The position numbers were made by a program, and so were the translations under genes. A stretch of 64,000 nucleotides of DNA. Origin: Ruditapes philippinarum. Taxonomy: Eukaryota. Shown in pieces: positions 13,980 to 27,046 of the stretch. How positions within the stretch are numbered: the first letter of the stretch is position 1; each line of letters starts with the position of its first letter. The stretch is taken from assembly GCF_026571515.1 (NCBI RefSeq), contig NW_026852181.1:62001-126000 (forward strand), given 5' to 3'. The notes under the pieces were generated by a model that saw only the letters and a list, made by a program, of their open reading frames with translations, did no database searches and had not been told where the DNA came from.

Positions 13980-16900
13980 TGAAGGGCAATCGTTTATGTA
14001 TTCAAAGTTTTATTATAATACATAATCAATAACACACATAAGTGTATTTTTAATACAGTGAACATTCTAGGTTACTAAACTAATGTTAAAATTATCATAT
14101 TGCATGAAGTTAAGACATTGAGTAGAAAGCAGTTTGTGAGATGTTACATTTTCATATGATTTCACTTAATTGTCAGTCAATGCGTAATGACTATAAATAA
14201 CGTCCGTTTTACAGAGATCACTTGGCAATGTTCCCTGAATATTTCACTTGTTAATGAACTTCTTATTAAATTTGGTTCCTTTAAATTCTGTTTAGAATGA
14301 ATCACAATGGTCAGCTTAAAGCCACTGAGAATTTGTATTATACCACTACGAAAGACAAAACCTGCCTCAAATTGATAATGAAATAACAGCCTTGACGTAA
14401 TTAGGTTAAATATTTCCCCAATGATTATGATATACATGTTGATTTTTATGTGTAATTTGTAATTCGTAGAATGAAGAAATAATATCATAGCAGTTACAAT
14501 GTCTTTGTCAGAAAACATATGAGTTAATATTTTAAAATAAAGAAAAATCAATGTATTAACTTAAATATGCATGTATCAATAAGAACTTGAAAAACCAAAT
14601 ATAGTCGGCTCAATCCCCACAGATGATGAAGCCAGGAGCAGCGTAATCCAAATGTAAAAATAAGTTTTATATAAAGGTTTAATGAAAATTTTTATTAAAA
14701 TTTTGCAAGTGATAGGAAATTAGTCACATACATATCCCTGCTAGTAAATGAATAGCTTAAACCTTTCATTAATTTAAAACCAAATCAATCAGTTATCCAG
14801 TTATGTCTTTATGCCGTATGATCTGTATCAAATAACATTCTGTAAGGGATACAACTAAAAGAGCAAATGTCATTGTGGTTATATTGAAGCCAACCGGGAA
14901 AATATATATACCGTTCTTCAATCTTAATACGTCTTACGATAAGCTGTTTTCCAAAAAAAATGACTCAGTCATGTATTTTCTTTACATCACATCAAATATG
15001 GTGGTTTTAAATGTTATAGAAAGTTTCCCACAACGGATGTTCTCTTCTGTTTAATTGTCCTACTGTGAATCAAATTAGGCTCAACAGTGGAAAATAATAT
15101 CATTTTAAATCAGAATTTAAATAAAGATTCAGAAATATGGTGCCAGATTCTGGACGATTTACGAGCTCAATAAGATTCGGGAGTTTGAACTTATGCAGTT
15201 TTAAAGACAATCATCAAATTATATTGGAAAGCGATACTTACATCAGCCCAGTTACAATAACAAAGTTTTGATTCGATTTGAACAAAAATATTATGTTAAA
15301 ATGATAACATGACAATATACTTTCTAAGCATCAAAATGCATTAATCTAAAAATCTTAATATTTACATAGCAAAATATCGACCTGCTTTAAATCGTCTTTC
15401 TTTTTGTTTTACCTCAACCACAATTGCTTTTCTTTAAAGTAGATGTATAATTTGTTTTGGTGTCTTATAATTAACAATTATGTAGTGTCATCCTGCATCA
15501 TAAATAATATACTGTATGTCGTGCAGCGTTGTTGAATACTGATAATACAATCTAATATAAATGAATATATTTTTGCAAATGTACGTTACATTAAAAAAGC
15601 GAGTATTGATATTTATAAGCGTTTTAATTTTATTATACTTTTGTGAACCTAGACTTGAACAGATATCTTTAAAGTTTGATTTATGAAAACCTATCATTTG
15701 ATGACAAACCATCGCAATCAATCAAGTAGGACCGCATTTTATTTGGCACTAAACAAAGGCTAAATTAAGCGTTATTCTTCGTGTGCAAAAGAATTTTACC
15801 TATTTCATCGTCACAATGATCATAATATGTGTAATGTTACAAAACTTGTAGTTCAATTCAGTAAATGCAGTACTAAAACAGACTGACAATGTCACAAAGT
15901 TGACGTTTAATGTTGTAATGGTGTCCTCTGGGAAATTTGTACAAAACCATGGTACTAGCCCTTTAATAACTCGTTTAAGATATGGAGACAACAAATGATA
16001 ATACAATGTCTGGCATTTTTATTATACGTACATACAAGCCTGGAAGTAAAACATTGAAAAATACATACATTATTTTGTTAATATTTTTTAGTAAGAAAAT
16101 TTATTAGTTTGAAGAGAAATTTAGGATGGCATAAACTAAGAGTTAAAATTTGGAACGTTTAACGCATATATAAGGCACATTTTTTCATTTCATAAGTATA
16201 AAATGCAAAAGACAATAGTTTGGGTTGACAAAAAACAACAATTGCATGTAGGCCCATCTGAACATACTTTGATATCGTGTTGTTAGCAAAGATGTACCGA
16301 CTAAAACAAAATTATTAAAATGTGGCATTAAAATATTAATTCACAAAGGCTTTACAATAACTTGATCCGCAAGTATGTAAAAAAAACTCTTCAGAAATGA
16401 TGGGATATTCAGCAAATATTAGACTTTTGTCAGCAGAATGTACATCATAATTACAAACATACAAGTAACCGTACATTTCATGCTAAAAAGAAACATTATT
16501 CTACAAAATACTCTAAAATATAGTTAGATAAGAACATTGTGATACATGTAGTGATGTATTGTAGATATAGTTTAAATTATATCATTAGAAGAGAGAAAAT
16601 AAAATAATGATGCATTATATATACCAAGCAAAAGTTCCAAATAGTTCTTTGAAAGATGTTAACTTTATAATTCGAGCAACTAAGAATTTAACTTTTACAC
16701 ACCGTAACACTGACCAAAATTGTTAAACAAATGAGAAATCAAACTTGTTGTATGTATTATTTTCTTTGAATGTGCTTTTGCAAATTTTGCTGTTCCAGTT
16801 TTCAGATTCCTCTTGCATAAAAGCAACACAAAACATAAAATTCTTAAGAATGCCTCAACTGAGACCAGTCGTGAAAGCAAGAGTCATGTGTTGACGGCGG

Positions 16901-17330
16901 GTTAGAATTCATAATCATCGATGGAATTCTTCAAGAATATTAAATCAGTAGAAGACGTAACTTGATCCAATAAAAGCTTATCAATAACTAAAGAAATTGT
17001 GTATATGTTACATTGCCATTTACAACCATTAGACATTTGATGGTCTCAAAGTTTCTTTGTGATAAAATTTCGATCTTTTAATAATATAGACTAACTTTTC
17101 TTTGGCAATATAAATTATTTATCGGTTCTGTTTTAAGATACCATTACAAAATGTGTCTCTTTTCATAAAATACTGAAACTGCCTTTCTGTAACATTATAT
17201 TTGACTCAGTCATCACCTGCTGAGAGCTTTGATTAAACGTCATTAACAGTCATTTTCTCAAAAACATAAATTGTTTTAAAGAAAACAGTTTCAACGTGTA
17301 TAGCATTACAAACATATTTGAGTGTATGCA

Positions 17331-18398
17331 TTTTTATACGCCCGTTTGAAAAACGGGTTGTATTATAGTTTCCCCGCTGGCGGGCTGACGGCGTCCAATA
17401 TTTGTTCGGAGCATATCTCCTACACCTATGAAGTAGTTTTAATGATAATAGAAATGTTCACCACTATGAGAAGCCGTGTCGCGCTCATGAACCAGGCCTC
17501 TAAGTCACAGGTCAGTGTCATACTAAGAGGTCATTGAAAAACTATTGTACGGAGCAAAACTTCTACATAAACAGAAGGATTTTAATATAATTTTTGGTGC
17601 CTTCTTGTTGCCCTACTTGAGTGTGTCGGGGGCCGCGTCCAGTGAACGTTGCCGCTGCCTTGTTGATCTTTATTCTTGGTTTTTTTGCACAAATGTTCAT
17701 TATTGTGAGGCGGAGAGTCGCGTGCAAAAGTTATGTCCCTGCCGCCAAGGTGAAGGTCATACATAGGGGTCAAAGTTCAGATAAAAATATGAAAATGTGT
17801 ATTGGGACCATTTAGTCATCATTTATTGAGGGATTGAAACACAAATGGTCATTCTCATGACTACTGTGTGGAACATGTAATTTAGATTAACATATGCAAG
17901 GTCAAGGTCACTAAAGATGATTGCCAATATCACTAAAGATGATAAAATATAGGGATTTTGTCCAGAACATATGAAGGGAATCTAATGAAACATCATGGAA
18001 ATGGTAACTTCAATGAGAAGCCGTGTCGCACGCATGAACCAGGCCTCTAGGTCAAAGGTCAAGGTCACACTTAGAGGTCATAGAAAAATATTTGTCCGGG
18101 GCAAAGTTTTTACTTGCATAGAAAAATTTCAATATAACTTGGCACAAATGTTTGCTATTGTATAGCAAAATGTCGCACGCAAATTTCATGTCCTTGCGGC
18201 CATAATCAAGGTCACACATAGGGGTCAAAGTTCAGATAAAAATATGAAAATGTGTGTTGTGACCATTCAGTCATCATTTATTGAAGGACTTAAACACAAA
18301 TGATCATTATCATGACTTCCGGTGTGAAACGTATAATTTAGGTTAATATATGCAAGGTTTAGGTCAAAGATGGCCTTTTTTTTAAAAACAAATTTTGA

Positions 18399-18435
<37 letters not shown>

Positions 18436-18730
18436 TTTAAAGGAAATTTCACGTGAAAAATTTTTTCCCAACACAAATATAATTTATACCCTCAGTTTTG
18501 GATAAACTTTTTTTTCCCCCGCTGTGGGAATCAAATGACGTTTTAACCTAAAGGTTTTAAAAATAAGAAATTTAACATTGAAAATTTTCTTTTAAATTTT
18601 TCCCTCAAACCCAAAGGTAAATTAACCAAGAGGTCTTTAAAAAACTTGTCCACAAAATTTATTTTAAAGAAATTTTAATAAATTGACTTTTGCCAAAACT
18701 TATTCGGGGCTCCAAAATTCCCTTCCTGTT
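17331..18730 (+). mobile_element. HINE/Helentron-type non-autonomous element with ~460-bp internal higher-order repeat
   Basis: Starts TTTTTATACGCCCGTTTGAAAAACGGG (T-run plus terminal hairpin). Internal repeats at 17468/18015 and 17750/18208 carry the GGTCAAGGTCAC core. The 3' end lies in low-quality sequence and is approximate. Confidence 0.75.
17597..17685 (+). mobile_element. ~90-bp fragment of repeat family X nested in the HINE
   Basis: Absent from the second internal repeat (18131-18150). Reads GGGGCCGCGTCCAGTGAACG..CCTTGTTGATCTTTATT, similar to 61770-61825. Confidence 0.55.
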
Positions 18731-21620
18731 TTTTATTTTTTTTTAAAACAAATGTATTATGTACGAGAGGCCGGTCAAAACACCCCAAGTAAGTTAATAA
18801 CATAGGGTCAATTACAATTTTTTATAAAAAGTTATTCACCCAAATTATTATTCTGGAAAAGAATAGTCAAACAATATTGTAATATGTATTAAAATTTTCA
18901 ATAGTTATATAATTTTCCAATTTTCACAAAATTGTAAAATAGGAAAACCCAAAACTTAAAGAAAAACCCAAATAAAACAGAAAATTTAATTTAGAGAACT
19001 GTGATTTTTCGTTTAGGAAAATAACCATTATGACTTAAAAAGCAAAGGAATGTTTAAATAACAAAAGTAACAGTTCTTGAACAAACTCATAAACGATTTC
19101 AAAAAAACTGTTAAGGTTTCAGTGCGTAATTACAAAATTTAATAAAAAGGAAGAGGAGAAAAAAAACATTTCGAGTTTAAATAGGAACATAAACATAATT
19201 TACTTTTTCGTAATTTCTAAAAGAGAATTTTTTTAATAAGACCCAATTTAAAGTTAAAATTTTCAGACAAAAAAGTTAAATTACTTGCTTATATGTAAAA
19301 AAACCAAACCACAAAATGCAAAACACAAATTTGGCAATGGTGGAAGCATTTAACCTCATTATGAAAAAATTTAAAATTTTTAAAAACGACCCCACCTTTG
19401 GGCCCAAGCCTTGGTTTAAAAAGTAATAAAAGTTGTTGAATAGGCCAAGAAGGAAATTTTGGGAACAGAACATTTTTAAAAATGCCTTATAAAAATTGGG
19501 GCATCCCTGCCCTTTGATTTTAAGTACCCTTAGCGTTTTTTATGGAAAAACAAATTTACCGGATACAAAAATTAAAAAATCCGCCTGCGTTTTCGGCTTT
19601 AAAAGACTTTTTTCCGTTAATTTTAACAAATTTTTAAAAAATTTTTTAAGATTTAATTTTTGAATAAATTTTAAAAACCGGAATTAAAAAAGAAAAAAAT
19701 TTTTATTTTATCAAAATTTGTTAAGAATTTTAGGAACCTAAACTTGGGCAAGTTATATATAAATTTCGTATTAAAACTTGTATAACTAATACTTTAATTA
19801 GGATAAAACATAATAAATTTCAGTAGCTAATTTTCAAATTAAAACTACACATTTTAAATATCTCGTCAAAGATTTAATATTGAACGTAAAGATCAAAAAT
19901 TTAAATAACCTTAAAGAATACGCAGAAATTAATGAAATTTAAACCAAAATTATTTTATGTCTAAGTCTTTCAAATACATTTGAAAATCAAGTAATTTGGT
20001 AATATTGTATATGGATTCTGAACCCCAAATAAACGAATTTCCGGAATAAAACGATTAGCAATGATATAAAGGAAAATTTTTTAATTTTAATTAAACCCCA
20101 AAGAAAAATTTAAAAATTTTTTCCCTTTAAGTTTTTAAAAAAATTTGGTTATATTTTTCAAATCCCACAAATTGAAAATAAAACCAAATTTAGGTTTAAT
20201 TTAAAATTAAAATCAACCAACAGGCCGGAAATATTTCTTAAAGGTTAATCCCAAATTTAAAGCCTTTTTTAAAAATCTTGAATTTAAAAATAATTTTAAA
20301 ATTTGGTTAAATTTATTATTAAAGCAAAAAATAAATACTACACTTTTTGATTTTTGGGGGATTAATGACATGTATTTTAAACTGTTAAATAACAAAAATT
20401 TTAAATAACTTTTAAATTCAAATTTAAAACAACAAAAGATTTAACATTATTTAAAATTTTTAACATTTCTCAAAATTTAAAACTTAAATTGAAAGAAGAT
20501 TAATAAAAAATAAAATTTAAAAATTTGGGTTTATTGCAAATTTTCCAATAATTGGCCCAAAAAAAACCTTAAATCAATATTGTAAACTGTTTTTTTTATT
20601 AGTAAAAATTTTCCCATTTTAAAAAGTAAACGGGACCCAAAAATTAACAAAAAACCCTTATGAAAGGGAAGAAAAATTTCCATGAACAGCCTATTTTAAA
20701 AAAATCCCTGCAACCATTTATATAAAAGGGGTCCCACCCCCAAAATTTTTTTGCTTTATTAACCACCCTTTCCAATTATTTTTTTTAATTTTTTTATTTT
20801 GGGCAATTTTTTTAAAATTACGGAAAGAAAATTTGTAAGATATCACAATAAATTAAATGATATTTATGGTTTACGAAATGTATAATTTTTTTTGTTAAGC
20901 TGAAATTCAAACAATTCCTTGGGGGAAAGCAACAAAAAGAAAAATCTGAACATCATAATCGCTATTTGACACGCCATTGTATCATTTACACTGCCATTCA
21001 TTTCATTTTTTTTTCGTTTGCATTTCTGACGTAATTGAATGAAAAATACAAAAAAAACAGACACATCATTCCACTGAAAATTTTACTAATTTATCCCATT
21101 TTTTAAATAAGTGTTACAAAATGCATATAAAGTGTTTAAAAATAATCTATATACGCAAGACACATTGTTTACAATACTACATGTTTTAAGCTTATACATC
21201 ATATTTTACAAAGATTAATAAGAAGTGATATCTTAGTGCTTAAGATGTTTTCTTTGTTTGTTTTGTTTGTTTTTTAAGTTAGCAATGTAACCGAGGACTA
21301 ATATCTTAAAAGAAACATGTTAAATGTTAAAGCTTGCCTTAATATTACACTTTCATTGGAAGAAACTAATGTTCAATGACCGGAAATGAAGATCCGAGAT
21401 AAAATGTTTCGAACTTCGAATGTTTTGGAACAAGGATTTAAAAGATACTTTTTAACTTTATGTATTCAACACTTTATTCAAGTAATCCTTTCAAAATTGT
21501 ACTTGCTTGCAAAACTTGTTTTCTTAATATCACAATCGTTCTGACAGATAGATTGGATTTATACAGAATATTTATTAAAATGGTTTAGGCAATTTTATGC
21601 CTTGTTGGTCTTTATTAAAC

Positions 21621-22619
21621 TTTTTATACCCCCGCAAAACAAAGTTGTAACTGGAATCAGCTTGTCCGTCCGGCCGTCCGGCTGTGCGGCCTTCGGGCGT
21701 CCGTCGGGTTTTTTCTTGTCCGCCCCATAACTTAAGAATCCTTTGACCCACAGTCCTCATATTTGGCATGGAGGTTAGTCGTGATTAGAAAATGATTCCT
21801 ATTGATTTTGAGGTCACCAGGTCAAAGGTCAAGGTCACAGGGACTTTGACTTCAAAAAGCTTGTCCGGCCAATAACTTAAAAATCCTAAGACCCACAGTC
21901 TTCATATTTGACATAGAGGTTAGTCAGGATCAGTAGATGATCAGTAGATGATCCCTATTGATTTTGAGGTCACCGGGTCAAAGGTCAAGGACACAGGGGC
22001 CTTGACTTCAAAAAGCTTGTCCGCCCAATCAATTAAGAATCCTTTGACCCACAGTCTTTAAATTTGGCATGGAGGTTACTCTCGATTAGTAAATGACCCC
22101 TATTGATTTTGAGGTCACAGGGGCCTTGACTTTAAAACGCTTGTCCGCCCAATAACTTAAGAATTCTTTGACCCACAGTCTTCATATTTGGCATGGAGGT
22201 TTATCGTGACCATTAGGTGACCCCTATTAATTTTCACTGGGTCAAAGGTCAAGGTCACAAAGCGTGTCCTCTAAATTGCTTAAGAAGGCTTTGGTCAACA
22301 GTCTTCATATTTGGTATTGAGATGGTTTATGATTAGAAGATGACCCTTTTTTATTTTAAGGTGACTATGTCAAAGGTCAAGGTCACAGGGGTTTTACTAT
22401 CATAAGCGTGTCTGCTCAAATGCTTTAGAATGCCTGTCCGCAGTGGATTGGTTTTGACATTTAAACATTTGAAGCATGTAGAAAACATAACTTAGCAATG
22501 CACTGGCTTAGTAACCTCAGATTTTGCAAGGAGGTTGTCTTTGAGCTCTCAATGGTCACTGTTGATGCTGACGAAGTGGTATGTGGGTGTATTCACGCCA
22601 TGACAGTGGCAGTTCTAGC
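21621..22619 (+). mobile_element. HINE/Helentron-type non-autonomous element with ~5 internal monomers of 123-156 bp
   Basis: 5' TTTTTATACCCCCGC, (GTCC)-like short repeat, monomers with GTCAAAGGTCAAGGTCAC, 3' subterminal GTGGGTGTAT then hairpin GCCA..TGGC and CTAG. Empty site in copy A is the T-run at 5493-5496, with no TSD. Confidence 0.85.
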
Positions 22620-23899
22620 TCATTTTGGACACGCTAATTTAGACTCTCTTAGCAGATTAGTTGATCTGTAAACCAGACTGCAGATATTTTGTTAGTCTTA
22701 TAGTTTGTTTATGATACAAAATAGTCAGAACTAGACCTATAAGAGTCTTAGAATTTCCTACATTTCTTTACATATATAACATACTTGCATGTCTAATCTC
22801 TAGAATGTAGACACGCACTTTATCAATGTCAGCCGTATTATCTATATTTGGTACATTCAATTAATCCTTAACCTCAAACTCAAAATTCTTAATTAATGAT
22901 ATATATTACTAAATTGTTATTCATAAGTATTCCAAATATTAATAGAATTGTCACGTACATTAAACACAGCAAAAGTAATTGTGGTTTTGCGTATTTGTTC
23001 TTATGTTTTTTCTCAAGACACACACAATTTAGATGCCAGTTATGTTAAAGTCTGTCGTCTTGACCACTTTACTTGTCACATCAAATACTCACACTAGACA
23101 CTCTAACGTGGATACATACAAACAATGCTTTATAAGCATGGATTTATGATAAATGCTCGAAAGAGTCAAATTGTTGTCAGGTATTCAAAAGTTTTTATAT
23201 GATTATAACATTGTATCTGCTATATTTTTACATATGTTTTTGCAAAGCAGATAGTATAAAAATAGATATTGTTTCGTCCTTTATTATTCTGCTACAAATT
23301 ATTATCTCTGAAGGTACATGAGTTATGGTCGTCGAGACAAACATACTGCAAGAATGCAAGGAAAGAAACATATGCCGGTGAATATCACATCATATTTAAT
23401 GGCTAACTAGTCAATAATTGTTTTATTATATGAATAGGCGAACATTGAAAAACCCACACTATACAGTAAAGCCTTATAAGGAAATACAGAGAAAAAAACG
23501 TTTGCCTGTTTTCATTGAAGCGCTGGAAAAGACGCACCGTAGACAATATGACGTAAGGTGGCCACCCAGTGAACAAGATTTACAAATAGTTCTGTTGACT
23601 ACTGTTCGGGCCAACGCAACAAGATTGCAGATATATTTAGATCGTATAATAATTATCATTTTTTGTACAATGCGCTCGTCCTCATTTGGATATAACCACC
23701 TGTTCATTTTATATTCCATTGGCAAAAACCTTTCGAGTCCGGCTCTCGGCACAAAGAAAAAGCTATGAAAATATAAAGGAAAAAATCTGAAATAATATAT
23801 TGTGTAGAATAAGCATTTCTTTCCACTATATTCTGTAATTGATTCTATTCACATATAAAGATTTAAGTTTATGTATCAATACTTTAAGTTACGTTTCGG

Positions 23900-24408
23900 A
23901 AAAAAATAAAGCACAAAATAATTAAGCGTAGCTAATAACAAAGGCAATAAATAAATTGTAATCTAACATTAAACGAAGTGTTATTATTAGTGCACATTGC
24001 AATCCGCTTGAATATAATCTGTCCATCTATGAAGTTCAACGTTGTTAATTCACATATATCTAGTTATGCTCCGAACAAAACAAATTCCAATGGGAAATAA
24101 CTAAAGAATTATAATACGGTTATCAATTTTTCTGCTATAAACTCATCCTGAATGAGATCTTTCCTCCTATAAAGATTCATATACTTTTTGAGTTATAATT
24201 TGGTCATAAATTAAAACAGAAAAGTAAAAAAGGACAATAATTCAAAAACAATGAGGGGTAAAATTCCTTCGTATTGAATTCTGCCTTAATGTGGTATACT
24301 TTCAATTGGATATCTCAAATACTTATTGAGTTACAGGCCGGAAAAAAATGCAGCACTGACTGATGGAGACTATGACTACATCCCCGCCACCTTTTTGGTG
24401 GAGATAAT
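23900..24408 (-). mobile_element. Old degraded HINE-like element predating the segmental duplication
   Basis: Degenerate monomers (AGTTA(T/C)G..CCG.A.AAAA, GG.AATAA.T) and the same terminus as 5835-6003. Left boundary approximate. Confidence 0.45.
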
Positions 24409-24534
24409 TAGGTATAAAGCTATGTATACATATTCTAATAGAATTATTTACATTGGCATGAATTTAAGGGAACGTATTTTAAGCCACAAAATCTTCTTTA
24501 TTTTAGTCATTAATCGTTCGTAGTATTCTTGTTT

Positions 24535-27046
24535 CGTGATTCCATTTCTATTTTTCATTTGATGTTATGTCAGATATCTCCATTTCGTTCCAAAGAGTGA
24601 CAAATATACCATTTAAGCAATTTTCCGCCCTGCCAATTTCATTTCCCGTAATCAATTTTGATAAACAGCTTCTCTGACTGCTATTGTGTAATATATTAAC
24701 TTACTTATAAGATATAAGGACAGTTTTTATCTTATTTTCATATGTTTTTGTTTTCAAACTTGGTATAATAAAATATAATAGTCAACAAAAATGTTTGGTA
24801 TATCTCGCCTCAATGTCATAGAATAACCATGATCTATATCCACATAGAAGTAAAATTGTACTTTCAGAACAGACTGGAATGACATTACTAAGTCATTGTT
24901 AGGATTACATTGTAAGGATTACATTGTGGTTACATTTGACATAAGCTTTTATCCAAGGAATCTCAAAAAACAATTAGAATACAATCTATTCTGTATCATA
25001 TGAGACAATTTAATTACGCTGAAAAGTTTTTCTCGAAAATGATATTAATTAAGTTGTGCATATTAACATAAGTGAAGGCGTCTGTCAGAAAATACATCAC
25101 ATGGATTAAAGTGAAGTGTTCCATAACCATAAGTAGTATTAAGTATCATACAAACCACAAACAAATTATATAAAAATAGTGTTTGTAAGAAAGAGAAACA
25201 TATGATTCGACATGATATATCTGTATATAGCGGATGTAGCCCTATAATTTTCAATACTTAAACATTAATATCTCTATTAAATTCACATTTAAACAAATAT
25301 TTTATAAGAACATCCACACCAGACATTTGTTCTCACATTTTGTTTATTTGGAACTCTTCAAAATTGTTTCACTTTTATATGGTTATATAGAATAATTAAC
25401 TTTAAGGTAGAAACAGTTTGTTTGACATATACTGTTATACAAGAATGTTAAAAAGGACACTATTTGCAAAAATATTAAAATTGTTAACAATACCGATTGA
25501 AGGTTGATTTGAACAGTGTATTACATAAGAGTTGTTCCGGTATTCCATACAAATTTGAAAAACCAAGTTAAACAAAACACTTTACTAGACAAGTGATGAT
25601 CAAATATTAACCGGAATTTGTAGTTGATTCACTAACTGTTTGATGCATGTATATAAAAGTACACAGAACATAATTTGTAATCAAAATACAAATATATCAA
25701 CAGAAACAAAAAACATAAAAAAAATGTTATGCTTTATATAGCATGTACATATAAAGCAATCCTGCGCACGGTGTATCCTTATATTCGACGTTAACGTGAT
25801 TCCATTTCTATTTTTCATTTGATGTTATGTCAGATATCTCCATTTCGCTCCAAAGAGTGACAAATATACCATTAAAGCAATTTTCAGCCTTGCCAATTTC
25901 ATTTCCCGTAATCAATTTTGATAAACAGCTTCTCTGACTGCTATTGTGTAATATATTAACTTACTTATAAGATATAAAGACAGTTTTTATCTTATTTTCA
26001 TATGTTTTTTTTTCAAACTTGGTATAATAAGATATAATAGTCAACAAAAATGTTTGGTATATCTCGCCTCAATGTCATAGAATAACCATGATCTATATCC
26101 ACATAGAAGTAAAATTGTACTTTCAGAACAGACTGGAATGACATTACTAAGTCATTGTTAGGATTACATTGTAAGGATTACATTGTGGTTACATTTGACA
26201 TAAGCTTTTATCCAAGGAATCTCAAAAAACAATTAGAATACAATCTAATCTGTATCATATGAGACAATTTATTACGCTGAAAAGTTTTTCTCGAAAATGA
26301 TATTAATTAAGTTGTGCATATTAACATAAGTGAAGGCGTCTGTCAGAAAATACATCACATGGATTAAAGTGAAGTGTTCCATAACCATAAGTAGTATTAA
26401 GTATCATACAAACCACAAACAAATTATATAAAAATAGTGTTTGTAAGAAAGAGAAACATATGATTCGACATGATATATCTGTATATAGCGGATGTAGCCC
26501 TATAATTTTCAATACTTAAACATTAATATCTCTATTAAATTCACATTAAACAAATATTTTATAAGAACATCCACACCAGACATTTGTTCTCACATTTTGT
26601 TTATTTGGAACTCTTCAAAATTGTTTCACTTTTATATGGTTATATAGAATAATTAACTTTAAGGTAGAAACATTTTATTTGCCATATACTGTTATACAAG
26701 AATGTTAATAAGGACACTATTTGCAAAAATATTAAAATTGTTAACAATACCGATTGAAGGTTGATTTGAACAGTGTATTACATAAGAGTTGTTCCGGTAT
26801 TCCATACAAATTTGAAAAACCAAGGTAAACAAAACACTTTACTAGTGATGATCAAATATTAGCCGGAATAGGTAGTTGATTCACTAACTGTTTGGTGCAT
26901 GTATATAAAAGTACACAGAACATAATTTGTAATCATAATACAAATATATCAACAGAAACAAAAAACATAAAAAAATGTTATGCTTTATATAGCATGTACA
27001 TATAAAGCAATCCGGCGCACGGTGTATCCTTATAATCGACGTTAAC
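24535..27046 (+). repeat. Near-identical direct tandem duplication, unit ~1260 bp
   Basis: 24541 and 25801 begin with identical sequence; identical spurious ORFs at 25063 and 26321; 2-bp CG microhomology at the junction (25795). Confidence 0.95.

Larger units (their letters stand above)
4790..17330 (+). repeat. Segmental duplication, copy A (old paralogue of ~20940-51120)
   Basis: Colinear anchors A/B: 4800/20950, 5400/21540, 6124/24541, 7625/28040, 9085/29808, 11580/31965, 12530/39625, 13470/45140, 15725/47562, 16695/49650, 17190/50830, 17310/51110. Homology may extend further left through low-quality sequence. Confidence 0.9.

Noticed and set aside
14192-14225. TATAAATA followed ~28 nt later by Inr-like TCACTT
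   Set aside because: Common by chance in AT-rich DNA, absent from copy B, and no downstream gene evident.
23660-23770. Kunitz-like CREPDSKGFC..RWLY (minus) and TIR-like YDVRWPPSEQ (plus, ~23550)
   Set aside because: The Kunitz reading needs a frameshift, has wrong spacing and lacks the remaining cysteines; the TIR-like word has no upstream TIR boxes.
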